64,000 bases of DNA from Octopus sinensis (lineage: Eukaryota), in NCBI RefSeq assembly GCF_006345805.1, contig NC_043020.1, forward strand, positions 7,874,001-7,938,000. The letters run 5' to 3'. Positions 63,201 to 64,000 of this stretch are shown in pieces (the first letter of the stretch is position 1; each line of letters begins with the position of its first letter). The position numbers and the translations under genes are program-made. The notes below the pieces were generated by a model, which was not told the origin of the DNA, did no database searches, and saw only the letters and a program-made list of their open reading frames with translations.

Positions 63201-63970
63201 AAGACTAGAACAGGACAGTTGTTATGTCCCCTGTTTCCTCTAGAAGATAAAAATTAAATATTTGCGATTGATTAATGTTTTGCTAAAGAGGTTGGATTAA
63301 GACTAGAACAGGACAGTTGTTATTTCCCCTGTTTCCTCTAGAAGAAAAAAAAATTAAATATTTGCGATTGATTAATGTTTTGCTAAAGAGGTTGGATTAA
63401 GACTAGAACAGGACAGTTGTTATGTCCCCTGTTTCCTCTAGAAGATAAAAATAAAATATTTGCGATTGATTAATGTTTTGCTAAAGAGGTTGGATTAAGA
63501 CTAGAACAGGACAGTTGTTATTTCCCCTGTTTCCTCTAGAAGATAAAAATGAAATATTTGCGATTGATTAATGTTTTGCTAAAGAGGTTGGATTAAGACT
63601 AGAACAGGACAGTTGTTATTTCCCCTGTTTCCTCTAGAAGATAAAAATTAAATATTTGCGATTGATTAATGTTTTGCTAAAGAGGTTGGATTAAGACTAG
63701 AACAGGACAGTTGTTATTTCCCCTGTTTCCTCTAGAAGATAAAAATGAAATATTTGCGATTGATTAATGTTTTGCTAAAGAGGTTGGATTAAGACTAGAA
63801 CAGGACAGTTGTTATTTCCCCTGTTTCCTCTAGAAGATAAAAATTAAATATTTGCGATTGATTAATGTTTTGCTAAAGAGGTTGGATTAAGACTAGAACA
63901 GGACAGTTGTTATTTCCCCTGTTTCCTCTAGAAGATAAAAATGAAATATTTGCGATTGATTAATGTTTTG
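60246..63970. repeat. 98-bp tandem satellite, 38 full units plus a partial unit
   Basis: Unit AATGTTTTGCTAAAGAGGTTGGATTAAGACTAGAACAGGACAGTTGTTATTTCCCCTGTTTCCTCTAGAAGATAAAAATAAAATATTTGCAATTGATT; only four recurrent variant sites. Confidence 0.98.
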
Positions 63971-64000
63971 TTTAGGGTTTTTTTTTTAATTTTACTGATG

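Noticed and set aside
60246-63970. CRISPR-like regular array
   Set aside because: No unique spacers; it is a head-to-tail satellite in eukaryotic DNA.
63971-63980. TTAGGG at the satellite end suggesting a telomere
   Set aside because: A single hexamer followed by poly-T; no telomeric array is visible.

Overview
AT-rich, repeat-dominated eukaryotic DNA. The SINE families and microsatellite load point to an octopod cephalopod; this is inferred and not database-checked. Almost all ORFs in the track are artefacts of SINEs and simple repeats. The window holds at least four tRNA-derived SINE families and an RTE-tailed retroposon with an internal VNTR. It also carries LINE relics (CR1, RTE, R4/Dong, L1/Tx1-like), DNA-transposon relics (mariner, pogo/Tigger), hAT, piggyBac, Tc1/mariner and Helitron-like MITEs, two minisatellites, and a 98-bp satellite of 38 units at the right end. 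A CpG-rich block (about 1.6-6.8 kb) ends in a candidate first coding exon (6701-6753, MANLVRSAAFKLRNIHT), so much of the window may be intron of a plus-strand gene with tiny exons. The most notable element is a Penelope-type minimal hammerhead ribozyme at 42487-42579 with a palindromic stem III and an unusually long stem II. A second, decayed hammerhead of a different family lies at 12943-12991.
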